64,000 bases of DNA from Raillietiella orientalis (taxonomy: Eukaryota), in the NCBI GenBank assembly GCA_036172245.1, contig JAYWIR010000022.1, positions 372,001-436,000 of the forward strand, read 5' to 3'. The first letter of the stretch is position 1. Every line of letters starts with the position of its first letter. Both the position numbers and the translations under genes were made by a program. The notes under the pieces are model-generated. The model searched no databases, was not told where the DNA came from, and saw only the letters and a program-made list of their open reading frames with translations. Shown here in pieces: positions 36,840-50,600 of the stretch.

Positions 36840-38820
36840 TTCTATGGATAAGGAGGTCGCGTCTTGGACCTCAGGATGGCGTGGTCCGGTCGTGGTGGAA
36901 GTGTACGGACCACATGGAAACAAGGTTGCCTTGGTGGCTCTGTGAGATCCGCTCAAAGGCAGGGCGGCACCGAAGGACGTGATCCTCCTGCTGGGTGACC
37001 TGAACAACTACCTCGAACCGAAGCGCGACCTAGATGTGAAGGCTATCAACATGTACTGACGGAAGAGCTCCAGTGGATGCGGGTGGACTCCACTGCCATC
37101 GACTACTTCCTGCACTCTCACACCATCACGAACTACATGAACGGGCTCCGGGGCTGTCATCGACCTCTCGGATCATCCCCTTTCGTGGTTGAGGATGCAC
37201 GTTTTGTCCTCCTTTCCCGAGGTGGCTGGTACGAGCCAAGGGTAGCACAAGTCTGCTGGTACCAGGCTGGTATGAGCTCCACTCGGAATGTCAGTGCGTC
37301 GTGGAGACCATCGAATCCACGGCCGACATCCTGCGCGCGGACGACTGGGATCGTCCCCAACATGCAGCCCACCTATTCTGAGTGATGAGATACAGCAACG
37401 GGAACTTGAGAGAAGAGGCGTGCCAGAAGGTGCACGAATAACGCCCTTCGCACTGCGTGTACTGGGAACTGTACCGGAGGAGGTGCCTACACAGGGGCGC
37501 GAAGAAGTACATCGGCATGCAGGAGAAGGGAAACCTCTCCATGGACATCTTTTGCATCCACTACCGAGACGCGAACTGTAGAACCTCGGAACAGGTGGTG
37601 GTGAATGCTCTCAACCTTTCCCACTCGGAGCCGCTCGAGGTGAGGAATCTAAACGGCGGGGCCAAGGAGCAGATCCTCCGCTGTGTGGAGAAGCGAGTGG
37701 ATGTTCATCAGTCAGCAAAGATGGAAGAGGAATTCACGGACGAGGAGATCGAGACAGCGTTGCCGGAGCTACACAAGGGCGTGGTAGAGGGATCCAAGAG
37801 CGTGCCCGCCACGCACTGCCAGCAGCATGCACCTGCCTACCTGTAGTTGTTCCGTCAGCTGCTAGTCCGAATCCAGCGAGAACAGGAAAAACTGCCCGCC
37901 TCCTTCCATCGGAGATGAAGGCGATCATTCCCGAAGGGATGAGTCAGCCTCCAGTGCGTCGCCCAGTGGAGGTGGATCTCCGTTCTCGACTCCGATACGA
38001 AGTTGATAACCAAGATTTGGACCAATCGGGTGAGGAAGCGCCTCGAGCAGCTGGTTTCCCCCACGCAGTCGTGCACGGTTCCAGGAAGGCACATGTGAGA
38101 GACCTTAAAGTGTGCTCAAGATCTCCCAGGATACAATAGTATCCCGGGTAACGGCCTGGGCCTCACTGACATCGAGAAGGCCTTCGACTGAGTGGATGAC
38201 ACCATGCTGCTGAAGATTCCCGGGAAGATGGGATTCCCAGACAAGTTCCCAACGCACGTTAGAATCTGCCTGCAAGAGGCAGAATTCACCGGATGTTCGA
38301 ATGATGGAAAGAAGTCCGACAGAGACATCCCGGAATCATCATGCTGCGTTGTTGTTCACGTGGGAGGGCTTTCTCCTGCTTCCTCGATCGAAATCTTACA
38401 TTGCTACAGGGTCATCGTGGTGTCCCTGGACCACTCAGGAGGTGCTCCAGTAGGGAAGAAAGACAGCACGCCTCAATTCCTCAGTGGGAATGAGGAAGGA
38501 GGCAAAGTGGCCTGTGAAGGATGCCAAAGTCAAGGGGAACGCCGTCTGCATCGCACGCAGGTCACGGGAGAGACGCAACGGGTGTGACCCGTGACCCCTG
38601 TCCCTCCTTCCTTTTTATTCGTATATTTATAATTCCCTTCCCTACGTCCTCCCTGCCCTCCTATCTTAGCCCGGCCTACAATACGATGGTTGCTTTTTCC
38701 TTTTTCTTTTTCCCTCCCCTTCAAAATTTTCGGACCGGCTGGTGGATTTACGAACCCATGTGGCCTGATTATTTTCTTTTGGGTGAAAGAGATGCACCGG
38801 CGCAGCAGGGTGAAAGTGAT
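36840..38820 (+). mobile_element. Tx1 ORF2 pseudogene (endonuclease and RT N-half, internally deleted to the tail and 3' UTR)
   Basis: EVYGP, LLGDLN, AIDYFL, FTDEEIETAL and DIEKAFD, then a jump to the ILHCYRVIV tail and a pyrimidine-rich UTR. Confidence 0.8.
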
Positions 38821-39949
38821 ACCGGCAAGTGTTGCTTGGAAGACCCAATGCAAGAGCAGCAGTAAAGTGCCGACTGCTGCCACTTCAGGCGATCTCCAGA
38901 TTTTCCAGGGAGATTTTCAAGGTGATCTGCCCAAGAAGAGTGGTCCTCTGGCATAAGAACTTGGCATCGTTGTGTCGACAAGCTGTCGCACCATGCAGCC
39001 ATTAATCTCCATTTTGTTTTGTTTTTTCCTTTCGGGCATGCTGCAAGCAGAATACTCGGCCGCTGCAGCTTCAGTCTCTTTTTCTTTCGTAAAATTGCTT
39101 AGTGCCTTCGGGAAATCCCGAACCGAGCGCTCGTTCTAGCGCTTTTGAGAGACTCACGTGTGCATCAGACGCTCAAGGACCACGTAAAGCATATCGTGCA
39201 CCGGGACAAAACTTCGTGGTCACAGTGGAAAGGAAGGATCGTTTTCGCCGTCGCTCACCGCCACATCCTCTGGCTGAAGGTCCCGAGATGTGCGCCTAGT
39301 CGAGGAAATCATAGCTGGTCATCTCAGTTTCACTCTCAATGTTTGCGCTGCTGCCTTTTCGATAGGGCTTGGTTCTGTGAATGACATTTGCAGAAGAAAT
39401 TCATGTTGGATAATTATAACTCGTCTCTGACGTCGAAGATCGTGGTGACAGCACACAACTTCGCTTCCCAGTGCCAAAGACGAACATCTCAGTTGTCTGT
39501 GGTCACTCTATTCACTTTGCCTTTGCAAGAAGACATTTAGAAATATTAGGAATTCCCAGGAGAAATGAGGCTTGTCCTACTTCAAATATCCATAGCTTCT
39601 GAAATAACCTCTGCAAGATTTATAAGAAGCTCTGTGCAAGTTTTGAAGTCACAGGGCACTCAAAATTGCAACGCAAATCGCCCTTTACCCATTGGTTGCC
39701 CATCTGCTTTCGCAGAACTTGATCTGCGGCAGAACAACCTTGCACTCTTGTGCAGAGGATTCGGTTAAACAGTCAATGTTAGGGAAAACCTTGCGTGTGC
39801 ATGTCACTCATCATGTGCAAGAAGCAGTTGTATTTAATTCAAGTATTCAACTAGAAAACTGTTTTGGTTGAATGCCTCGTTTTTATCGGAGGGAGCGGGG
39901 GGAGGAAGAGATTGCATTTAACTGTCTAAAGAACGGAGGAAAAAACCAC

Positions 39950-41400
39950 ATCATATAAACCAAATTTTGTTCTAGTTATTGTGTTTTCCATTTGAAAAGA
40001 GACTTATAATGGAAGTTCGTTCCATCGATTCTGTTCGAGCATTCCTCGTTGATTCACAGAGAGCGGTGGTGAGTTCTGTATCGTCCGCTCTTTTGCAATT
40101 TTTGTGACATTCACCAACGTTCACTCCAACTCGTCTGGTGGATGGGATTTCAGCGGTTCCTCGGAAGCTGCTGCTCTGGTGCATTCACCGTTGCGCGATC
40201 ACTGTTCTCCTTCTGTAGCACCCTCAGTTATGAGGATGCCTGTTGTCAGTCCAAATCTCTGGATGCCGAACCGTCACTGTTGTGAACACACGTCCTTGTG
40301 AGCATGCTTGGAGCTTTTCCGGTCCACTTTGTTACTGACTCTTGAGAGAAACAGGTCCACTGTCAGTAACGCTTATGGTGTCCACGGAGATATCTCCAGA
40401 AAATAAGCCTGCTTGCCTCAAATAGTTTAAAGCAGTCGATGCAGAATCCCAGGCACTTTCCATTAAATGAATGGCACTGCATACTGACCATCCAGTCCGA
40501 ACTTTTACATCCCAATCAATTGTGACACTAAAAGCTTTTCTGAAGTGACCCTTAAAACTTTTAACCGCACCCATGAGAAGAAAGGTGCATTAGAAAGACA
40601 GGGTGCAAGATCAGTAAGATGTGAATTCTCGTTTCGAGGGTTTTGTGGCTACTCATCTATCTACAAGTGCGGTGTAATGATTTTCCTTCTCTTTTGGTCT
40701 CTGTTTTTGGCTGCTAACAGAGAGCACGGAAACCTTAATTTTCTGAAGGTCTACACGATCATATGTGCCTGCTTTTCCTCAGTGTTTTTTTTTCCCCCAG
40801 TGTTGTTCTTATATAACCACGAGTAGGAATTGACTTGCTGGATCTCGTCGAACATGCGCTGACAAAGTGCAGTGCAATGGCAGTGTACTCTGTAGCAGGG
40901 AAACCTCCCGCAGAGTGAACACTGAGGGGGATCCTCTGCAAGTAATTATTTCGCATTCTCCCTTTCTTGAAATCTGTTCTCATCACCTATCTGGTCATCA
41001 GTACAGTAAACCACCTTGGAACAGGACGTAATGCTTGGAGCATGCTTTCTTCATTCACACAAATTGATCCTCTATTGCAATATCTTCCGGATAGGACAAT
41101 CATTCTCCATTCAAAAAAGAGTCGAGGGGAGGAGTCGCTTTTATGCCTAACTTGGGACTCGACTTTTCTCTGGAGTTAATGCACCAGGAACTCAAAACTG
41201 AACGAATGTGGGATAAAAAGTCGTCCTAGACTTTTTAATGGTTTTTCTTGTTCTACGAATGTCGGTTGTCTTCCCTTATTTGTAGTAAGAGAAATTTGCA
41301 TTTTCTCCGTATTTGCGTTCGAAAGGGTTCTGACTGTGCCTTCATCGCCACAACCACGGGGCTTTAATCTGAGCAAACTACACGAGAACTCCAGAGGAAG
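39950..41400 (-). mobile_element. pogo/Tigger DDE transposase remnant
   Basis: MGAVKSFKGHFRK...AIHLMESAWD...NYLRQAG matches the DQGIIxxFKxxYRK...AWxxV...NCFRKAG end of Tigger transposases. Confidence 0.6.
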
Positions 41401-42429
41401 AACTTCAGCAAGCGAGGATTAGAAGATCCCGCAAGAAAGCTCAGCATTGTGAGAGACCCGACTGAACCAAAACCGGCGGTTATCGGAGATGAGTCAAGAG
41501 GAAGATCAGGTCTACTTTGTATGACTCAGCAGACAACAAATCGTATGTGATAGCATGCAGATGTGATATTTGCAGATAGCGTCTTTACGTGTGAATCTGT
41601 AAATCGACAAATTATCTGATCATCACTGACTCAGAAGCATTCAAGCAAGCTGCATGTCGTACCAGGTTCTGGAATACACAGCTCTGAAAACAGAAGTTTC
41701 AAGTTCAAAGACACCGGTTTCAAAAGCAAAGCACCCATGTTCCTCAAGCCGCTTCTAGCATATACACTAGAATTGTTTTCCCAAAACTTGTGCATTCTAT
41801 CTTTTAGGTAGAAAGTGCACATCAAAGACCTACTGTAGGTACAGGAGAAAGCTGGAAAGCACATGAACACGCGCATGCGGTCTGAACGCCTACCAGTAAG
41901 GAAGGTCTGTGTTTTAGCTAGTTCACTAGTTCACTATTCCAAGAGTTTCGCTTATTTTGGGAAAATGAAGCTCCAGAAATCGGAAGAGATGTAGGAAAAT
42001 CTCTTTCAACATTGTGTCTACAGCATAGGGACCCTACAGCATATGCCAATAAACTATGATCCTGGAGATCCATTGGAGTGCAATTAAGTTTGAAATCAAT
42101 AAAAATTGGAAATAGTCGATTTCCGTGTTTAATTTCACACCAGATTGTTCTCATTGCCAAACTAAAGCTTTCTTATGAATCTAGCACAAATGCAAAGCAG
42201 TGGTTCCCAAAGTGCTGGTTACCAGGTCCAGCTTGGCAAATGCTCCAACATACGTCCGATCGGTTACTCAAATTCTCACCCAATACTATAGGATGCAGCG
42301 CGACACATTTTTATGGAAGATCATGGAAAGAGTGGATGGAAAAACCGAAGGCTTCCTTCCACTTTCGGGATCGGAGAGCAGCTGCAAAAAAAAATTTTCA
42401 AAAAATTTTTTTGTAGGTAGCTTTGTGGT

Positions 42430-42650
42430 TAAGGCTTCCGCGCGTGGCACCATGCGTCCGGCAGAAACTGACGCCACTGCGACGTGGGTTCCAAGTTCCT
42501 CCTGCGAGATGACGTTGGTCGGCCTACAAACATTCGGGTGCGGCACCGGTAGCGGTTAAAACCGGAGGCCCCCGATGAAGACAGGAACAAGGGGAATCGA
42601 CTTCCGGGTCCTTCCAGGAGTTCCCCCTCCGTTGTGCAACCTTCACACTC
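42430..42650 (-). mobile_element. Tx1 ORF2 linker fragment
   Basis: Nucleotide similarity to 30900-31090 (GGCAC.GGTAGCGGTTAAAACC.GA...CCCGATGA.GAC.GG.ACAA). Confidence 0.7.
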
Positions 42651-42779
42651 TTGACTAGATAATTTGTGGTTTGCTCCCATTTTTCATTAAACATTTCGTG
42701 ACTAGACCTACTGATGCCTAGCCTCGGATGCATGAAGTGGTACTGCTGGTCTCCAAAATATGCAGGAACTTTTTGGAAA

Positions 42780-44000
42780 CGTTAGTATAATCGGATGATT
42801 ACAGCAAAAACTGAATATGTGCTTGAGAACGTAAATAAGTGCAACAAAAACCGCCAAAAGAACAAAACTAGATAGAAGATTTCAACCTAGGAATCCAAGA
42901 TTCTCTTTCAGAATCCTCAGCTGAATCTTCGAATCCACTCTTGAACAAACACAGATTACAATTCATCGGGAAAAGGAGAAAAAAGTCACACATCTTTCTC
43001 CTTCAGAGATGACACAGGCAAATGAAGGAAGCTATGATTCCACCGAGGAGGTCTTCAAGGCATTTGGACAAAAGTAGCTCTGTTCTTGGCATCTTACACG
43101 CAGGAGCCACTATGGATTCACGAAGATTAATTACCATTAGATAAAGTTAAAATGTTTGGTAAGGCTATGAAACAACTGCATGATAATCTTCCTGTTTCGA
43201 AGTATCCATAATTAGCAGATTTCTTTGAACCATCATATTCCAAGAGGTTACTTCATTCTTCCTGGTAGCTACCAAATTCCGGTAGACCTGCTCAACGACT
43301 ATCGCGAGGCAGTCTTGGAACACATACTTCGATGATTCACGTCGATGATTCTACGTGAGACCAAAAATGCACCAAGAACTGCAAGTTTGTCATACATTGC
43401 GGTGTGCACAGTGACTGATTCGTTGTAGGCCTTGAATAATGGGCTAGCAGCTGTAAACCCAGTTTTGTTTATGCAAGTAAATTTTTTGCTTGAACAATAC
43501 GGGGAGGAGGTCCTACAGCTGACGTTTTCTTATTCACGTTTCCTTATTCGCTCCCAGAGTCCTTATCTGCTCAGAGTTGTCTTCCTTGTCTGGTTGCACT
43601 CTCTTCTGGATCAAGTTGCCTTGAAGTATGCATTGAGCTGCTGATTGACCTCTCTACACCAGCACTGCGCCAGAACATGCTCTGTGGTCATTCTGACCAC
43701 TTGAAGCCAGCTCTTTCGCAACCGATGTCTCCAGAAGCTGAGATGGCATCGCTTTACATTCGTGCAAACACCAGCTGCATGCCAGCGGAATCGCACACGC
43801 TCTTTACTTTGCCAAACTGATCTCTCGTAAAGAACAAAACCTGCAGTTATGTAGGTGATGAAACGAAAATCCAAGTCAGTTTGACGAAAGGCTGTGAGAC
43901 TTCTTCAGAGGAGTCGTGTTGCTGGGCCAGCATTGTTTATCGGTACATTTGTAAGGCAATTGGGCTTTTGAACTGGAATAATCAATAGGGGCACATATTG
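42780..44000 (-). mobile_element. Possible BEL/Pao LTR retrotransposon integrase remnant
   Basis: ITAGFVLY, SPLFKAYNE, LPGRMK and FGGF occur in the order of BEL pol motifs. Very decayed. Confidence 0.3.
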
Positions 44001-47000
44001 TTCATTCCGATAGTAATGCCATCCGATAAAATCAACGAATGAAATGAGACTAGGGATGGGGGATTGGTGACTGAGATTTGAGATGGTGAATCACCCGGAC
44101 AATCCTGAAATCAACTCATTCTTTCCCACTCATAAATCAAAGCAGCTGCTTGTTAACTTTAGTGAGCTTATCTGTGTTCACCCACTTAACACAGAGTTGG
44201 TAAAGACAGAAAATAAGAATACTAACCAGAGTTCTTGTTGGCTCACTTGTAAAAGTTATGCTCATTCCCATCATTATGTACAATGATCTCAACTATGATA
44301 ATAATCACCCAACAGGTAAATTTATCCAGCTCTCCAAGCAAAGAAAACTATTATGATAGATAATACTAAGTTGCATCATCATTGTGAGCAAGCTCACACT
44401 GAGCACTGTCAGAGCCTGGACATAAGTGATCATTCTGCACCTCCAGCTTGTATCAGTTCTATAGCAGTGATAAACTGCCTTAGCAACAATATTTATTTTC
44501 CAAGAAAGAAATAAAATGTGGCTCGAACAAGTAATTCAATTTTGCAAGGTGCTTTCACTCCAAAGATGTAGCATAGATGCTACAACCTAAAAGTGAAAAA
44601 AGATTCTTGATTACTTTATCATCTTTAGCAAGTTAGGGAAAATAGTGTTGAACATTCACCGAGATCCCCTCCTGCATGTTTGCACACAGTTGCTATGATT
44701 GTTAGATGAAAATACTTGTGTAGACTAATTTCTATAGCTCTAGCACTGTGGAAACCATGTCCCATGCAAACATGCAAACCTAGTCCACATTATGGAGCTA
44801 ACACAATATATGAATGCTAGGACAAAGAATGAAGTCATGACATCGCATTCATTGATGGGCACTGGAAAAATTCACTTTAAGACATTTCACCTACCTCATG
44901 ACATGATTTTACAGCCAAACGTGCAAACACAAACTGAAAATGAGATTGGACAAAATGCACAGAAATTGGCCATGCAGAGAACCAAAAGAAATACGCACAA
45001 ATGTTTTGAAGAACTCAAATACAAAGGCAACTAACTCTTCTACAAACTAAGGTGCATATGTTTACAATGAACAGAAGGAAGCTGTAAGAAAACAACTTAT
45101 TAACCGACATGCTGCACAATATTCAAACCAAGGAGAAAAAAAATTTCATCAAGGCATTCAGTTCTCAAAAAGGAAAAGCTGTGATGAGAAAAGACTGCAC
45201 AGAAGTAGGACATTTTTTGGTCATAGCTTCTGACTCTTTTGATAGTAGACAAACCCAAAATAAAAAAAAAATTAATCTAATTTCCAGCTCCTTTCTTCAT
45301 GAGGATACTAAAAGTGTAGTGGATATCAGAATAAGGAAGCAAATCGTACAAGCAAAGAAAACAAAAACAGAAAGGAATAACACAGAACAGGCATCATATT
45401 GGATCTGTTGCTGAATATCATCACACAACCAGCTCTTTCTTCCAGGGCTTACAAAACCTGTATTTATGGTACTTATGGTGCCTGTACTTTATAATCTATC
45501 TGGATAAAATTTGACTCAGATATGCTCTCAATACTTCTCTTATTTCCAGATGCATCCAATGTACTTGTGATTCCATGTATGATCATTATCGATTAAATTG
45601 CACATTTCTTCAATTTATCCACTGTTGATTTTCTGATGTGGAGAATAATTTTAATGCATTCTCATGCATTATGCGATTTCGGATTTAGTGGGCATACTAG
45701 AATCAGCTTTACATTCCATGACTTGTTAAACCAGGAGTTTTCCAGATCTTCTTTCCCATTAATATTACAATCTCCCATGCATGCTCTTTTCATACTTTCT
45801 TTCATCACTACATTGCCTGATGACCTAACCTGTCCCACTTCCATCAAGAATTAATTTTGTTACCTATTCCAGTGAATGTTCAGACTGCAACACAAAAACA
45901 TGCCTCTAAACTAGGGAACCCTACCTGAAAAACAAAAATAGGTCACGCACAAATTCTGCTGAGATAGAGTGTGGTATCAGCTACATAAAGATTTCAGTTT
46001 AACTTCGCAAAGCATGGTAGTGTCAAAACAAAAAATGACCTCCAATACATACACATATCCAGAGTTTTCTGAAACATGGCAAAAAGCATTCCATCAGCAC
46101 CTGAACTGAAAATATTGACTGGTAAACAAAACTTCAGATCTGAGCAATTCTTTTCTTTTCTTTTTTGTCCCATATTGTCTGATGACTACTGTTGAATTAT
46201 TAAGGTCCTTTCCCCTCAAAAGCAATGGGACATGCTTACAAGACCTCTGTATTTTCAACTTGTTTTATGTTAAAATTGCAATCACCCATATTAGTGAATC
46301 ATTCCCCCCCCCCCCCCCCCCCATCTTTTCATTCTTTTCCATTATTTTCATTTGCATGCTTTTTTGCAAACCATTATCCATTCGATACTGCAGGCATCGC
46401 ATCATAGAGATAGAACAGGTGAGAAGGAACTAATTTTTTGCAAGAAACAAATGAAAAAGAGCAAGGGCAGTGAATTAATGCTATTATAAATATGTGCTGC
46501 TTGATCCTGCGGCTATTATTGCAATTATACTGGAGTAGCTTGAACCTAGGATTGACAAAATTATGAATTCGACTATGGATGTCTCTAGTTTAAATGATTT
46601 ATATGGATCCTGTACTCTTTAAGGAGCTACTCATCTGCTTGCTATTGAGTGGCTCAAGTACTAATGAAGACCATAGTACGAACTATTGCTTAAGTAAGCA
46701 GTGGACTCTACTAGTAGAGTAAGGCTTCTATTTAAAGACCAAGAAGGCTCGAGTGATATTTCTAATATTTTGCTGCTACCTTACATAAATTTCTTCCTAT
46801 ACTTCACATTACTTAGTAATTCGCACATAGCTAATGGATCGGTTATGTTTGCCATCCTGTTGTGAAAACATGCTGTTGTTTCCTTAAGACTTTGAAATGC
46901 ACAAAATTAAAACACATATCTTTTTCCTCCGCAGCTCCCAGTAACTTGATGGTACCCCTTTTTGTTTTTGTTTTTGTTTTTAATTAAGTCATTTTCATTA

Positions 47001-47039
47001 TGGAACTGGCAGAGAATCAAATATTGTTCCACTTTAATA

Positions 47040-47640
47040 CATGTGGAACTCCTCTGGGATGGTGGAAAATTCCATTACTGATGTGTCTCGAGACTTACCC
47101 TCCAACCTGTGCGAGAGGCACACACGAGACGGTTGGCTGATCGCCTGCGCAGAAGGCAAGGAGGATGCAAGAATCTCCAGGATACATCCTCAACGGATGC
47201 ATCAGCAAACCAGACAGCCCGTAGTACCGGAGAGGTACGACGAACTGGTCGCCCGTATCAGGAGGGCTACCCTGAAACTCCGGAAGTTGGTCACTACCTG
47301 CGAGAATATCTCGGAAACTGATCCAAATCGGATCCAGCGCTCCAGGATGAAGGGAAGGTAGCCACAATGGGTGTCTCTCGCCCTAGAGGGTGTGCGTCCA
47401 CGGGGCTAGAAGAAGAAGGAAGAAGATCCAGGATCGAGGATTAACTCCGAACTTTGCCTCTTTCTGTGAGGGACTGCCCGCTGTTGGGGAGAGGGCAGTC
47501 CCGTATGGGATCCCTGTAACCTTGGGATCCAGGAAACGAAGGAGTTTTGAGGGCTCTGAACATCCCCAATAAATAAGCGGGGGGGGGGGGGGGAACACAT
47601 TGAACGCACAGTTTTCCCGTGATTCTATGAACCACATCGG
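47040..47640 (+). mobile_element. NeSL/Utopia-type RLE fragment
   Basis: RYDELVARIRRA and GSL*PWDPGNEGVLRALNIP closely parallel the 24.5 kb copy. Confidence 0.7.
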
Positions 47641-50600
47641 AAGGTTCACCTCCTGTAATTGAAGAACCTCGGAAAATCACAGGAAGAGTTGAAGAGAAGA
47701 GACAGAGGAAAAGTTGGTGGAAACTCCTTCTCTTTCATTTCTTGATATCCCCCTGTTTTACATTATTGTATCTATAAAATCCGGATAACTCGTGCTTTCC
47801 CTACGCATGCCTCCTTTGTATTATACGAAAACGTGTTTCTCTTGAGCAGCTGAAAGCAACTGAGCACTACCTCATAGAGCAGTTGGACTTGGAATCAACA
47901 AATTCAATTGCAATACAAAACTCATCCATGATCACGAATCATTCGGACACTCTGCAAGATGGAATCCCAACAAAAGTAAATTCGCTGAACAGTCTCGAAC
48001 GCAATGTCGGCTCATCACGAAATTTCTCTCAGACTTTTTTGTTTGATTGTCCCTCACAGCTTTCTTCAGGTTTAACAAATTGGCTTATCTCTGCCTTATT
48101 CATGAATTGCAAAGAAAATCAAGCTCAGTGTGCATATTTGGCTTAATGTACTCAAAGATACAATGTTTACCTTGGAAATACAACCCTGAACACTTGACAA
48201 CAATACAGTATCACTTCAGTGTTTAATAAACGCTGAATAGTGATGTAATTTATAAGCTTATATTCCAGTCAACTGCTGCTTAGTATTCCGTCCTATACCT
48301 AAGCTCCCTTTCTTTCACTAAGGAGGGTCAAACTAACGTGATTAGGGCAACTGTTTGCATCACGCGCTGTTTTGTTTTGTTTTTTTGGTGGCTGCTTTCT
48401 TGAATCTTTCCAGCGTCCCACTGCGTGCCCAATAATTAATTCAACACCAGCATCATTTGGAGTATCGTTAGAGCAAACCCGTTTTATCGTTTATGGTCTC
48501 GGCCAAATGGTATGTGCCTCTTCAGGTTGTTGCATCCCTTGGTAAAGTGTGCTCTTACATCTATTTCTCAGACACAGTTTCGAGACTCATCAAAAAAAAT
48601 GCAGGGCTCATTGTTCCCTCATTTTTCCGAGGAGCTATTCCCGAAATCTCCGCTGATTTCCGTCATTTATATCCTTCACTTCCTGAATTCTGCTGATCTG
48701 ATTGAAATACGAGATCATATCAGGTCTGAGAAACAGTGTACGCTTGTAGCTGTTTGTACGATTCACTAAGCAAGAGTTCCATTTAAAATGGGGGAGGGGA
48801 GGTGGGGGGCAACTCAGCACACGTTTCCAGCTCACGCACTACGCTGCGTGTACATGGAGCAGGTATGTATATCTTTGCGTATACGTTGCGTATGTCGTGC
48901 AACGGTTGTTCAAACACCGTACATTCGTGTTTTCCGAGTTCGTGCAATCGTTTACCACGTGCTTGCAAACGTTTGCTACTGAGACGTTGGTGTTCACTGA
49001 AGTATGTGCTCGGTGGCACTCTTCCTTTGCTGACGGTCTCTGGATGTTGAGGGAGGCCTCGCAGGGGACTTTATGCCGTCGGTTCCGTCGTCGTGCAGAA
49101 ACGCGTGATGCGTTTTGCACTTTGGTTTGCAAATCCAGCATCCGAGGACTTCACCTACCACACACTAGCATCGGTCCGTGTTCCATTCAGCTTGAGATTT
49201 CACTTGGCGGGATTTCTTGATTCGTGTGCGTTTGGGCGCCTTGGAATTAAGAACTTCGTGGAATGGGAAGTCGCGCTTCCTCGCCAGCTCCTAGCTCGAT
49301 GCCCTAAGGTTTCCTTCTCCGGATTGTCCGCGGAGTTGTCCAGTGGATTATTGGCATTAGGAAATCCACAAACAGAATCCAAGAGGATTTCCACATTTTT
49401 AGCCGTGTACGTGACGTAAGGATCGCAAGAGATGCAAAGTGAAAGAACGAGCGCCCCGGGAGTTGATGTGAGCGTTGCCGCCAGTTTCAAGTGGAACTTC
49501 ATAAAACAAATCGTAAATTACGCATTTCCAGCGCCATAATTCTTTTATATGATGATCTGCACAAATTATGACCTTTACTGGAAAACAGGAAAGTCCGCCG
49601 GATGAAGAATTCGCTCCTCTGAATCTGTAAAACAGGGGAAAAAAATAAATAAATATTCGGGAGTAGTTGGGGAAAATGATGATGACCTTAACGATATCTC
49701 GAAGATGAAGATCAATAAAATTACGTGATTTCTGTAACTTGAGATTTTTTCACCCAAACCAGCGCTTTCCATAAAACCTGAAAATGTGGTTCACCAGCAT
49801 GAATTTCAGCAGGGAAAGTGTCTGAATGGCAAAAAAAAAAAAAAAAAGCTTGTAAGAGAGAGCGATTGGTAGAATGCAGGTTGGGTCCATAAAATCTCCT
49901 CACTTCCTTCAGTGCTAACACGCAATGCTCCATTAATGTAATTACTGTTTCTGGAAGATCTGGCGTAGAGAACTCTTTCATTAATAAGAAAATTTTAAAA
50001 TGCTACAGAAATAGCAAATTAGACTTTATGAAAGTATTTTTTTCAGCATTAGGAGCGCCCCTAATGATGGAAAACACTTAGTGCGGCACTCGGGGCGGCC
50101 TCCAAAATAATTCCTCAAACTAGCAGGCTAAATTTTGTGGGCTCATTTGTGGTAAATTCATTAAAACACGTGGAGACTGTGTCAGATGCACAGAGTACAT
50201 AAATAATGATGGAACATGCAATCTTTTGTACTAGGTAGTGGAAGAATGTCATTGTAAGAAATTACGAGTACCTACCTAGAAAACTGAAGTTGGTGATGAG
50301 ATTTGGAGCTGCAGGAACATCACCTTGAATTCTACCTGCCGCTGTTTTCGAAAAAAAAAAAAAAAAAATCCAGTACAGAAGCGATCATATCATCTAACAG
50401 CAGCTACCATCTTGTGCAAGCAGGTAGGTTTTCCGGAAAAGCTGAAGACGGAAGAGCCGGAAGTCTTGCCGTTTTCCAGTTTCCAGGCTGACGAGGAGGC
50501 TCTCCATGCGTTTCCTACGTACGGTTGAATGGTGGCTCCCGATGGCGCGGTTCGGAAAATCAGACATAATAAATAGCTCGAATCGTTCTTATAACGGTTT

